From an uncultured Chloroflexota bacterium (GTDB lineage: Bacteria > Chloroflexota > Limnocylindria > P2-11E): a DNA stretch of 60,696 nt. This document shows positions 31,882-40,875 of this stretch, piece by piece. The stretch covers positions 21,651-82,346 of the forward strand of contig CAZSRI010000001.1 in assembly GCA_964609145.1 (NCBI GenBank), written 5' to 3'. Position 1 is the stretch's first letter; each line of letters opens with the position of its first letter. The translations under genes were made by a program, and so were the position numbers. The notes under the pieces are model-generated. The model was not told the DNA's origin and searched no databases. It was given only the letters and a program-made list of their open reading frames with translations.

Positions 31882-34800
31882 ATGGTCGACGAGCACGACG
31901 CCTGCGCCCTCGTGGCCGTCGCGCGCAAGGACGCGCGCCCGACGCGCGACGTCCTCGACCTCGCCCTCCACGGTCTGCGATGCCTCCATCACCGCTCGGG
32001 CACGGTCGACGGCGAAGGCGACGGCGCGGGCGTCCTGACGGACATCCCGCGCGACGTGTGGGCCGACCGCGTCGGCGAGCGCGCGTTCGACCCGCGCTTC
32101 GCCGTCGCGCACCTCTTCGTCCCTCCCGCGGCCTCCGACGCCGAGCGGCCGTCGGTGCGCCGGATCCTCCAGCGCCACGGGGTACGCGTCCTCGCCGAGC
32201 GCGAGGACGGCCTCGACACGGCCGTCCTCGGCCCGCATGGCCGCGACGCGGCGCCCCGCTTCTGGCAGCTCGCGCTCCACGTCACCGGGTCGCAGAGCTC
32301 CGGCGCGCGCCGCTTGCACGACGCCTGGTACGACATCGAGCGCACGACGAGCGCGACGGTGGTGAGCCTCTCGCGCCGTAGCGCGGTGTACAAGCTCCGC
32401 GGCGACGCGGCGCAGCTCGCGCGCGCGTACGCCGACCTCGCCGATCCGCGCTTCGCGACCTCCATGGCGTTCGGGCACAACCGCTACGCGACGAACACGA
32501 CGACGAGCTTCGAGCGCGTTCAGCCGTTCCCCGCGATCGCACACAACGGCGAGATCAACACGGTCGAGCGCCTGCGCACCGAGGCGCGCATGCTGCGGCT
32601 CCCGCTGTCGCGCGACGGGAGCGACTCGCAGGACGTCGACGCCGTCGTGCGCGGGCTCGTCAACAGGTACGGGCTCTCCCTCATCGAGGCGATCGAGCTC
32701 CTGTTCCCGCCGATCGTGAACGAGGTGAAGCGCATGGACGCCCCGACGCAGGATCTCTACGTCCACGCGCGCGCCGCGCTCGGGCCGTTCGCGCAGGGGC
32801 CCGCCGCGATCCTCTCGCGCGTCGGCGACACGTGCGTGTTCACCGTCGACGCGCTCGGGCTGCGCCCGCTGTGGCACGTCGAGACGCCCGACGAGCACGT
32901 CTTCGCGAGCGAGCGCGGGTTCGTCCCGCTGGGGCGGTACGCGCGCGACCCGCGGCCGCTCGGGCCCGGCGAGCGCGCGGCGCTCCGCCGGACGCCGGAG
33001 GGGTGGCGGTACCTCGATCACGCGGACGTCCGCGCGCGGTTCGTCGCCGCGCGCGCCGCGCACGGCACGCCCGTCGACGGCGTGCGCGCGCGCATGGAGG
33101 CGGGCGGCCCGGCGGAGGCGCCCGCGCCGGCGGCGCCGCGGCGGGCGCGCGGCATGGGGCGGTGGGAGATCGGCCTCCCGCCCGACGAGGTCGAGGACCT
33201 CACGCAGCGCCGCGAGGCGCTCTTCGCCGCGTTCGGCTGGGAGCCCGACGACGTGCGCATGGCGAAGGCGATGTCCGACACCGGGAGCGAGCCGATCGGC
33301 TCGCTCGGCTACGACGGCCCGCTCGGCGCCCTCACCGCACGGACGATGCTCGCGGACCACATCCACGAGACCGTGGCCGTCGTCACGAATCCCGCGATCG
33401 ACCGCGAGCGCGAGATCGAGCACTTCTCGACGCGCGCCATCGTCGGCCCGCGGCCCGCGGTCCGCGGCCGCGGACCGGTGCGGCCGTGGGTCGAGCTGCG
33501 GACGCCCATCCTCCTCGGCGGCCACGCGCCGGAGACGGGCGTGCGGAGCGCCGACCACCGCGCCACGGCGCGCGCCCTCGGGACGTGGATCCTCGAGGAC
33601 CTCGTGGCCGAGATCGGCGCGCGGTACGCGCGCGGCACGGTCGTGCTCGAGGCCGACCGCGACTGGGAGGAGCACCCGCGCGACGCGCTCGCGCGCATCG
33701 CCGCGGCCGCCTGCCGCGGGGTCCGCCGCGGCTCGCACCTCGTGATCGTCCAGGACCGCCACGTCTTCGAGGAGGGGCGCGCGTGGCTCGACCCGCTCCT
33801 GGCCACGGCGGCGGTGCATCGCGCCCTCGTCGAGGCGCCGGCAGGGTCGGGGTCGCTGCGCCGCGAGTGCGGGATCGTCGTCTCCGCGGGGAGCCTGCGG
33901 AACCTCCACGACGTCGTCCTCGCGCTCGGCCTCGGCGCCGACGCGGTCAACCCCTACCTCCTGCTCGAGCACGCGATCGCGCAGGAGGATCCCGACGCGC
34001 TGCCCGGGCTCGTCGAGGCGCTGCGCAAGGGCATCGAGAAGGTCATCTCGACGCTCGGCATCCACGAGCTGCGCGGCTATGGGCGCCTCTTCTCCGCGAT
34101 CGGCGTCGCGCCCGACGTCGCGCGGCTCCTGGGGGTCCGCGCGTTCTGCGCCGACGAGGGGGTGGGCCTCACGTGGGAGCGCATCGGCGCCGACGGCCTC
34201 GACCGCGCCGCGATGCTGCGCCAGCGGACGCCCGCGCGGCTCGAGCCGCCCTTCCGTATCTACCCGCGCGTGTGGAAGGCGGCGCTCGCGATGGCGAACG
34301 GCGAGACGGCGTACGCCGCGTACGCCGAGAAGCTCGGCGAGCTCGAGCGCGAGCACCCCGTGTCGCTGCGGCACCTCTGGGACCTGCTCGTCGCAGGGGG
34401 CTCCGCCCCCTTCCACCCCCAGGACGTGGACACGAGCGCCGGCGAGCACGCGATGCCCTTCTACATCTCGTCGATGTCGTTCGGCTCGCAGGGCGAGACG
34501 GCGTACCGCGCCTACGCCGAGGCGGCGTTCCGCATGAACACGATCTGCATGAACGGCGAGGGCGGCGAGCTGCCCGACCTCCTCGGCAGGTACCCGAAGA
34601 ACCGCGGGCAGCAGATCGCGTCGGGACGCTTCGGCGTGTCGGCGCTCCTCGCGAACTCGAGCCAGTGGCTCGAGATCAAGATCGGCCAGGGCGCGAAGCC
34701 CGGCGAGGGTGGGCACCTGCCGGCGAAGAAGGTCTCGGAGAAGGTCGCGCTCGCGCGCAACGCGCGCGCGGGCATCGACCTCATCTCGCCGTCGAACAAC

Positions 34801-36432
34801 CACGACATCTACTCGATCGAGGACCTCGCGCAGGTCGCGAGCGAGCTCAAGGTCGTCAATCCGCGCGCGAAGGTGTGCGTGAAGATCCCGGTCACGCCCG
34901 AGGTGGGGATCATCGCGGTCGGGATCGCGAAGTCGGGCGCCGACGTCGTGACGCTGTCGGGCTACGACGGCGGCACCGGCGCCGCGCGCATGCACGCGCT
35001 GCGGCGCGCGGGGTTGCCGGTGGAGATCGGCGTCGCCGAGGCGCACCGCGCGCTCGTGGCGGCCGGGCTGCGCGAGCGCGTCGAGATCTGGGCCGACGGC
35101 GGCGTGAAGAGCGCGCTCGACGTCGCGAAGCTCATGTGCCTCGGCGCCGACCGCTGCGGCTTCGGGACGTTCGCCATGGTGTCGATCGGCTGCACGATCT
35201 GCCGCGGCTGCCAGCTCGACACGTGTCACGTGGGGATCGCGACGCAGATCGAGAGCGCGGCCGAGGCGGCCGCGCGCGGGGTCAAGCGCTTCGAGCCGCA
35301 GGAGTACGAGCGCGCCGTCGCGAACCTGGTGCGGTCGTTCGGCGCGATGCGCCGCGAGCTCGCGGCGATCGCGGCGCGCTGCGGCGTGGCGCGCACGGCG
35401 GACCTCGTCGGGCGGAGCGACCTGCTCGTCCAGGCGCGGGGGCAGGATCGTGTGTCGCTCGCGGAGCTCACGGCACCCGGCTCAGCGCTCGAGCGGGCGA
35501 CGTTGCCTCGGGTCGGGCCTCTCTGGGCTCGGTCGCTCTCCGGGGTCCCCGCGGACGTCGATGGACCGGTGCGCACGGGGACCCACGCTTCCTCGCCAGA
35601 GAGGCCGCGCCCCTCGACCTCGCCCGCTCTCGCGCTGAGCGACGAACGCGGAGAGAGAGTGGCCCTCTCCACTGAGTCGTCTCCTGTTCCCATCGACGCG
35701 ACGCACCGCTTCCTCGGGACGAGCGACTCGGGCGAGATCGCGCGGGCGCGCATCTACGAGAGCGCGGGCGAGATCCGCATCACGTTCGGCGGTGGCGGTG
35801 TCGCGGGGAACGGGGCGGCCGCGTACGCGACGGAAGGGCTCGCGCTCACGATCGCCGGCGGGGCGCAGGACGGCGCCGCGAAGACCGCGCTCGGCGGTGA
35901 CGTGCGCGTGCTGAAGGCGCGGAACGCCGCGGGGGAGTGGGTGGACGGATCCGTCGGAAAGGGTTTCGCCTACGGCGCGCAGCGCGGTCGCTTCATCGTG
36001 CAGGGAAGCGCGGACGCGCGCGCGGGGATCCGGCTGTCGGGCGCCGACGTCGTCATCGGCGGCGATGTGAAGGGCTTCGCGTTCGAGTACATGACGGACG
36101 GGCGCGGCGTCATCCTCGGCGACCCGGGGCGGTGGATCTGCTCGGGCATGTCGGGCGGCGCGGTGTTCCTGCGCCGCGATCCGGCGCACGGCCTCGACGA
36201 GGCGGGGATCAAGGACCGGATCGCCAAGGGCGCGAAGGTCGCGCTTCGTCCGCTGGAGGACGCGGACCGCGCGAGCCTGGCCGAGCTGCTCGCGGCCTAC
36301 GCCGACGCGCTCGCGGCGAGCGGACAGCGCGAGGCGGCCGAGGCCGCAGGCGTGCTCGTCGACGATCCCGATGCGTTCCGCGTCATCAAGCCGGCGGGCG
36401 AGGTCGTGGACCAGTCGATCTCCACGGAGTAG
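31882..36432 (+). CDS. gltB: Glutamate synthase large subunit
   Basis: 1516 aa. The N-terminal Ntn amidotransferase domain starts around DEHDACALVAV. The FMN domain has FYISSMSFGSQG and GEGGHLPAKKV. The C-terminus has the GXGXG beta-helix domain. No small-subunit gene is adjacent. Confidence 0.9.
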   Translation: MVDEHDACALVAVARKDARPTRDVLDLALHGLRCLHHRSGTVDGEGDGAGVLTDIPRDVWADRVGERAFDPRFAVAHLFVPPAASDAERPSVRRILQRHGVRVLAEREDGLDTAVLGPHGRDAAPRFWQLALHVTGSQSSGARRLHDAWYDIERTTSATVVSLSRRSAVYKLRGDAAQLARAYADLADPRFATSMAFGHNRYATNTTTSFERVQPFPAIAHNGEINTVERLRTEARMLRLPLSRDGSDSQDVDAVVRGLVNRYGLSLIEAIELLFPPIVNEVKRMDAPTQDLYVHARAALGPFAQGPAAILSRVGDTCVFTVDALGLRPLWHVETPDEHVFASERGFVPLGRYARDPRPLGPGERAALRRTPEGWRYLDHADVRARFVAARAAHGTPVDGVRARMEAGGPAEAPAPAAPRRARGMGRWEIGLPPDEVEDLTQRREALFAAFGWEPDDVRMAKAMSDTGSEPIGSLGYDGPLGALTARTMLADHIHETVAVVTNPAIDREREIEHFSTRAIVGPRPAVRGRGPVRPWVELRTPILLGGHAPETGVRSADHRATARALGTWILEDLVAEIGARYARGTVVLEADRDWEEHPRDALARIAAAACRGVRRGSHLVIVQDRHVFEEGRAWLDPLLATAAVHRALVEAPAGSGSLRRECGIVVSAGSLRNLHDVVLALGLGADAVNPYLLLEHAIAQEDPDALPGLVEALRKGIEKVISTLGIHELRGYGRLFSAIGVAPDVARLLGVRAFCADEGVGLTWERIGADGLDRAAMLRQRTPARLEPPFRIYPRVWKAALAMANGETAYAAYAEKLGELEREHPVSLRHLWDLLVAGGSAPFHPQDVDTSAGEHAMPFYISSMSFGSQGETAYRAYAEAAFRMNTICMNGEGGELPDLLGRYPKNRGQQIASGRFGVSALLANSSQWLEIKIGQGAKPGEGGHLPAKKVSEKVALARNARAGIDLISPSNNHDIYSIEDLAQVASELKVVNPRAKVCVKIPVTPEVGIIAVGIAKSGADVVTLSGYDGGTGAARMHALRRAGLPVEIGVAEAHRALVAAGLRERVEIWADGGVKSALDVAKLMCLGADRCGFGTFAMVSIGCTICRGCQLDTCHVGIATQIESAAEAAARGVKRFEPQEYERAVANLVRSFGAMRRELAAIAARCGVARTADLVGRSDLLVQARGQDRVSLAELTAPGSALERATLPRVGPLWARSLSGVPADVDGPVRTGTHASSPERPRPSTSPALALSDERGERVALSTESSPVPIDATHRFLGTSDSGEIARARIYESAGEIRITFGGGGVAGNGAAAYATEGLALTIAGGAQDGAAKTALGGDVRVLKARNAAGEWVDGSVGKGFAYGAQRGRFIVQGSADARAGIRLSGADVVIGGDVKGFAFEYMTDGRGVILGDPGRWICSGMSGGAVFLRRDPAHGLDEAGIKDRIAKGAKVALRPLEDADRASLAELLAAYADALAASGQREAAEAAGVLVDDPDAFRVIKPAGEVVDQSISTE
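34391..34420 (+). repeat. G/C-run hairpin element E8, in-frame inside gltB
   Basis: TCGCAGGGGGCTCCGCCCCCTTCCACCCCC, translated (V)AGGSAPFHP. This is a different reading frame from the near-identical copy in the fpg-like gene. Confidence 0.85.
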
Positions 36433-36467
36433 CGGCAGACGGCACGGGGGTTGCTCCCGTATCGTCC

Positions 36468-36974
36468 ATGACTGCGGCAGCCGACGCACCGAGGCGGCAG
36501 CGCCTCCGGGTCGAGCGCTTCAAGCGCGGCAAGATCAAGCCCGGTCGGATGCGGCTCGCCTTCACGAGGTTCGCGAGCTGGGCGAGCGAGATCCTCGGCT
36601 CGCACTGGGCGTTCGCCGCGGCGGTGGCATTGATCGTCGCGTGGCTCACGACGGGCCCGATCTTCGGCTTCAGCGCCGACTGGCAGCTCGCCATCAACAC
36701 GCTCACCACGATCGTCACCTTCCTGATGGTGTTCGTCATCCAGAACACGCAGAGCCGTGACGCGAAGGCGATCCACCTCAAGCTCGACGAGCTCCTCCGG
36801 GCCGATCCGCAGGCGCGGAACGAGTTCATGGAGGCCGAGGAGGAGGATCTCGACGAGATCCTGCGAGAGAAAGAGATCGTCGAGCGCGCCGACCCCGCGC
36901 CGCCGGATCACAGAGCTGGCGAGCGCAACGGCAACGGGAAGGGACGCGCCACGGACGAGCGAAAGGCCGGATAG
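36468..36974 (+). CDS. Low-affinity iron permease (Fet4-like, PF04120-type) family protein
   Basis: Contains GSHWAFAAAVALIVAWL..GPIFGFSADWQLAINTLTTIVTFLMVFVIQNTQSRDAKAIHLKLDELL. Confidence 0.7.
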   Translation: MTAAADAPRRQRLRVERFKRGKIKPGRMRLAFTRFASWASEILGSHWAFAAAVALIVAWLTTGPIFGFSADWQLAINTLTTIVTFLMVFVIQNTQSRDAKAIHLKLDELLRADPQARNEFMEAEEEDLDEILREKEIVERADPAPPDHRAGERNGNGKGRATDERKAG

Positions 36975-36999
36975 GCCGCCTACACTTGGTCCGTCTCGG

Positions 37000-37073
37000 C
37001 GGGGTGTAGCTCAGCCTGGTAGAGCGTCTGGTTTGGGACCAGAAGGCCGCCGGTTCGGATCCGGCCACCCCGA
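37000..37073 (+). tRNA. tRNA-Pro (anticodon UGG)
   Basis: Hand-folded cloverleaf: acceptor CGGGGTG/CACCCCG, D-arm GCTC-AGCCTGGTA-GAGC, anticodon arm TCTGG-TTTGGGA-CCAGA, variable AGGCC, T-arm GCCGG-TTCGGAT-CCGGC, discriminator A. No encoded CCA. Confidence 0.9.
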
Positions 37074-37102
37074 CAGAGCGCGCCTGAGAGAAGGGAAGCC
37101 GC

Positions 37103-39400
37103 ATGTTCGCAGCCTGGGGCCACCTCGTGTATCGCTTCCGCTGGCCGATCCTCGTCCTCTCGGTGATCCTGCTCGCCGCCTCGGCCGTCACCGCCGTCAA
37201 CGGCGCGAAGCTCGAGAGCGGCGGCTTCATCGAGACCGCGGAGTCGGGTCGCGCGTCGCGCCTCATCGAGGCCGAGCTGCCGAACGCGAGCTCGGCGTCG
37301 TTCACGCTCCTGTACTCGAGCCCCACGCTCACGGCGGCCGATCCGGCGTTCAAGGACGCGGTCCAGCGCGCCATCGCGCCGCTGCGGACGGACCCTCGCG
37401 TGGCCCGGATCCAGGGCCCGTACGAGGAGTCGGCCGCCGATCCGGCCGCCTTCGTATCGAAGGACGGCCATGCCGTCACGGTGAGCGTCGCGGTGAAGGA
37501 CAAGTCGGCGATCGCGCAGGACTACTACCCGGACCTGCGCGCGAAGGCGACGTCGGACACCCTCCAGACGTCCGCGACCGGCGTCGTCGCGATCGAGCAC
37601 GGCTTCAACGCCGTCCTCGAGGACGACCTCCGCCGCGCCGAGAGCGTCTCGCTCCCGCTCGCGGCCGTGCTCCTGCTCCTCGTCTTCGGCACGGTCGTCG
37701 CCGCGTTCATCCCGCTCGGAGTCGGCGTGCTCGCGGTGATGGGCGGGATCGCCGGCATGTTCACGCTCGCGCGCTTCACGAGCGTGTCGATCTACGCCGA
37801 GAACGTCGTGACGCTCATCGGCCTCGGCGTCGCCATCGACTACTCGCTCTTCGTGGCGAACCGCTTCCGCGAGGAGCTCCATCGCGGACGCTCCGTCGAC
37901 GAAGCGGTCGCGGTCGCGATCTCGACGTCGGGACGCGCGATCGCGTTCTCGGGCCTCACGGTCGCGATCGGCCTCACCGGGATGCTCTTCTACGAGGGGA
38001 CGTACCTCTCGTCGATGGGCGTCGCCGGCGGGATCGTCGTCGCGAGCGCCGTGCTCTTCGGCCTCACGTTCCTTCCGGCGCTCCTCTCCGTGCTCGGGCA
38101 CCGCATCGACCTGCTCGGCGTGCCGTTCCTGCGGCCGTCGCGCGCGGGGCGCGTGGGCCTCTGGCACCGGCTCGCGACGGCGGTCATGCGGCGGCCGTTC
38201 GTCGTCCTCGTGCCGGTCATCGCGGTGATCCTCCTGCTCGGCTCGCCGTTCCTGCGCCTGCACCTCGCGAACGGCGACATCACGATGCTGCCGAAGCGCG
38301 AGGAGTCGCGCGCGACGTACGACCGCATCGTCGCCGAGTTCCCGAGCTCGGGACAGTCGGACATCCCCGTCGTGGTGCGCTACGACGGCGCGCCGCTCAC
38401 GGCCGACCACATCGCGGACCTCGTCGACATGCAGAAGCGCCTCGCGGCGCTGCCGAGCGTGCGGAAGGTGTCGAGCGCTTTCGCGCTCGATCCGCGCCTC
38501 GGCGCGGCCGAGTACACGGCGCTCTACGTGACGCCGGCCGCTCAGCGCCCGCCGCAGCTGCAGGCGCTCGCGCAGCAGATCGGCGAGCAGCGCCTGCGCG
38601 GGATCGTCGATCAGACCGTCGGTCCGCGCATCGTCCTCTTCGACGTCCAGACGAACGAGCCCTCGTACAGCGACGCGGCGCACGCGATCGTCACGGCCGC
38701 GCGCGACCTGCCGGCCCCGCCCGGAGCCGAGAAGCTCGTCGGCGGCTTCAGCGCGATCGACATCGACACGGTCGCGTTCATCCGCGACCGCACGCCGGCC
38801 GCGGTCGCCTACGTCATGCTCGCGACGATCGTCGTCCTGTTCCTGCTCCTCGGGTCCATCGTCCTGCCGCTCAAGGCCGTCGTCATGAACCTGCTCTCGA
38901 TCAGCGCGTCCTTCGGCGCGCTCGTGTGGATCTTCCAGGAGGGCAACCTCTCCGACGTGCTCGGCTTCACCGCGTCGGGCGGCATCGACCCCACGCTGCC
39001 GGTGATCATGTTCTCCACGCTCTTCGGCCTCTCGATGGACTACGAGGTCCTGCTCCTTTCGCGGATCCAGGAGGAGTACGGGCGGCTCGGCGACAACACG
39101 GCCGCCGTGGCGGAAGGCCTCGAGCGGAGCGGCCGCCTCATCACGGGCGCGGCGGCGATCATGGTCGGCGTGTTCTCCGCGTTCGGCCTGGCCGAGATCC
39201 TCATCATCAAGGCCCTCGGTCTGGGGATGGCGATCTCGGTAGCGATCGACGCGACCCTCGTCCGCGCCCTCGTCGTTCCCGCGACGATGCGGCTCCTCGG
39301 ACGCGCGAACTGGTGGGCGCCGCCGCCGCTCGCGCGCCTCTACCGCCGGCTCGCGCTCGGCGAGGCGGCGCGTGTCCGCGGAGCGGCCGCGGGGGACTGA
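37103..39400 (+). CDS. MMPL-family (RND superfamily) membrane transporter
   Basis: 765 aa with two blocks of TM helices, each preceded by a soluble loop. Contains the motifs IGLGVAIDYSLF and FGLSMDYEVLL. Confidence 0.85.
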   Translation: MFAAWGHLVYRFRWPILVLSVILLAASAVTAVNGAKLESGGFIETAESGRASRLIEAELPNASSASFTLLYSSPTLTAADPAFKDAVQRAIAPLRTDPRVARIQGPYEESAADPAAFVSKDGHAVTVSVAVKDKSAIAQDYYPDLRAKATSDTLQTSATGVVAIEHGFNAVLEDDLRRAESVSLPLAAVLLLLVFGTVVAAFIPLGVGVLAVMGGIAGMFTLARFTSVSIYAENVVTLIGLGVAIDYSLFVANRFREELHRGRSVDEAVAVAISTSGRAIAFSGLTVAIGLTGMLFYEGTYLSSMGVAGGIVVASAVLFGLTFLPALLSVLGHRIDLLGVPFLRPSRAGRVGLWHRLATAVMRRPFVVLVPVIAVILLLGSPFLRLHLANGDITMLPKREESRATYDRIVAEFPSSGQSDIPVVVRYDGAPLTADHIADLVDMQKRLAALPSVRKVSSAFALDPRLGAAEYTALYVTPAAQRPPQLQALAQQIGEQRLRGIVDQTVGPRIVLFDVQTNEPSYSDAAHAIVTAARDLPAPPGAEKLVGGFSAIDIDTVAFIRDRTPAAVAYVMLATIVVLFLLLGSIVLPLKAVVMNLLSISASFGALVWIFQEGNLSDVLGFTASGGIDPTLPVIMFSTLFGLSMDYEVLLLSRIQEEYGRLGDNTAAVAEGLERSGRLITGAAAIMVGVFSAFGLAEILIIKALGLGMAISVAIDATLVRALVVPATMRLLGRANWWAPPPLARLYRRLALGEAARVRGAAAGD

Positions 39401-39404
39401 CGCC

Positions 39405-40571
39405 TCAGGCCGCGGACGTGCGCGGCTGCGTCGCGAAGAGCCACACGGCGACGGCGACGGCCGCGACCTCGAGCGCGACCGAGAGGCCGACCGCGATCGA
39501 GGGCCCGCGGTCGTACGCCGCGCCGAGCGCGAGCCCGCCGAGGAAGAGCGCGGTCCCGTAGATCGCGTTGAAGGTGCCGTACGCGGTGCCGCGCGCGTTC
39601 GCGGGGACGATCCGCGCGACGGCCGCACGGATCGTGGACTCCGACGCGCCGAGCGTGACGCCCCAGAGTGCGAGGCCGAGCGCGACCGTGGCCATCGTGG
39701 AGCTGAAGACGAGCGGCGTTGCCGCGAGCGTGAGCAGCGGGACGAGCCCGACGGCGCGCAGGCCGACGCGATCGAACAGGATCCCCGCGCCCAAGGCGGC
39801 ACCCGAGCTCACCGCCGTCGCGAGCGCGAAGAGGAGCGGCACGAACGGCTCGTCGACGACGCGGCGCACCGCGAGGTGGTACGCGATGAGCGGGAACTGC
39901 GCGAAGCCGCCGATGGTGAGCGAGGCGAAGACGGCATACACGAACAGGCGCGCGGGCCGCGCGATCCTCGCGCTCGGTCCCTCGTCCGTCGGCTCGGCGT
40001 TGCCGGCGAAGCGGGTGCGCGCGAGCAGCAGCGTCGCGAGCGCGAGGGCGGCGGGTACGCCGAGGATCGCGAACGCGGCGCGGTCGCCGAGGCCGAGGAA
40101 GAGCAGCGCGCTCACGAAGAGCGGCCCGACGACGGCGCCGATCTGATCCATCGCCTCGTGCACGCCGAAGGCCCAGCCGGCGCCCACGCGCGGCGCGACC
40201 GATGCGAGGAGGGTGTCCCGCGCCGGCGCGCGGATGCCCCGCCCGAACCGCTCGACGACCGCGAGGCCGAAGCCCTGCTGCCACGTCGCGACGATCGCGA
40301 GCGGCGGGATCGACAGGAGGTTCACGACGTACCCCGCGATCGTGAACGGCCAGTAGGCCCGCGTCCGGTCCGCGACGCGCCCGACGGGAAGCCGGATGAG
40401 GTAGCCCGCGAGCTCGCCGAGGCCCGTCGCGGCGCCGACGACCGCCGCGCTCGCGCCGAGGCTCGCGAGGTACGGCCCGAGGATGCTGCGCGCGCCCTCG
40501 TACGTCGTGTCGCCGAAGAGGCTCACGATCCCGAGGAGGATGACGAACGCGCGCGCGGCGCCGACGGTCAT
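39405..40571 (-). CDS. MFS transporter
   Basis: About 12 predicted TM helices, with FGDTTYEGARS..LGELAGYLIRLPVGRVADR. The start is ATG 40571 or 40610. Confidence 0.7.
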   Translation of the reverse strand: MTVGAARAFVILLGIVSLFGDTTYEGARSILGPYLASLGASAAVVGAATGLGELAGYLIRLPVGRVADRTRAYWPFTIAGYVVNLLSIPPLAIVATWQQGFGLAVVERFGRGIRAPARDTLLASVAPRVGAGWAFGVHEAMDQIGAVVGPLFVSALLFLGLGDRAAFAILGVPAALALATLLLARTRFAGNAEPTDEGPSARIARPARLFVYAVFASLTIGGFAQFPLIAYHLAVRRVVDEPFVPLLFALATAVSSGAALGAGILFDRVGLRAVGLVPLLTLAATPLVFSSTMATVALGLALWGVTLGASESTIRAAVARIVPANARGTAYGTFNAIYGTALFLGGLALGAAYDRGPSIAVGLSVALEVAAVAVAVWLFATQPRTSAA

Positions 40572-40606
40572 TGCGGCGGACACTGTACGGAGAACGGTAT
40601 CCAGTC

Positions 40607-40635
40607 GCATGTGAGAAGCATGCGATAATGTGCGA
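40607..40635. promoter_or_regulatory. Candidate vapBC promoter/operator: inverted repeat GCATG-N7-CATGC followed by a GATAAT -10-like box
   Basis: GCATGTGAGAAGCATGC lies at 40607-40623 and GATAAT at 40624-40629, 9 nt before ATG 40639. This is an AT-rich island in a GC-rich context. Confidence 0.35.
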
Positions 40636-40638
40636 CGC

Positions 40639-40875
40639 ATGGCCAAGATGGTGCAGATCAGGAACGTGCCCGAGGACGTCCATCGAACGCTCAAGGCGCG
40701 CGCGGCCCGAGCCGGCATGACCCTGTCGGACTATCTGCTCAGCGAAGTGCGCGCGGCGGCCGCGCGGCCGACGCTCGAAGAGCTCCTCGAACGGCTGAGG
40801 CGCCGCCGTCCCGCCGGCGGACCTTCCTCGGCGCGGATCGTCCGTCGCCTGAGGGACGCCGCTGATCGTCCTTGA
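40639..40875 (+). CDS. Type II antitoxin, VapB/FitA-like (ribbon-helix-helix)
   Basis: (MAK)MVQIRNVPEDVHRTLKARAARAGMTLSDYLL is the classic RHH antitoxin N-terminus. The gene overlaps the PIN gene. Alternative starts are GTG 40630 and ATG 40648. Confidence 0.75.
   Translation: MAKMVQIRNVPEDVHRTLKARAARAGMTLSDYLLSEVRAAAARPTLEELLERLRRRRPAGGPSSARIVRRLRDAADRP

Noticed and set aside
30760-35229. 1489-aa minus-strand ORF antisense to gltB
   Set aside because: The translation is Arg/Asp/Ala/Glu low-complexity with no motifs and mirrors the gltB frame. Only its 3' 186 codons (DUF488, 30760..31320) are credible. The same reasoning rejects 2578..4884(-), 14465..17782(-), 36980..39802(-), 41988..44231(-), 7906..10467(-), 45191..47266(-) and 58627..60102(-).
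31882-36432. gltB without gltD as an anomaly
   Set aside because: The small subunit can be encoded elsewhere or replaced, and a lone large-subunit gene is not unusual enough to flag.
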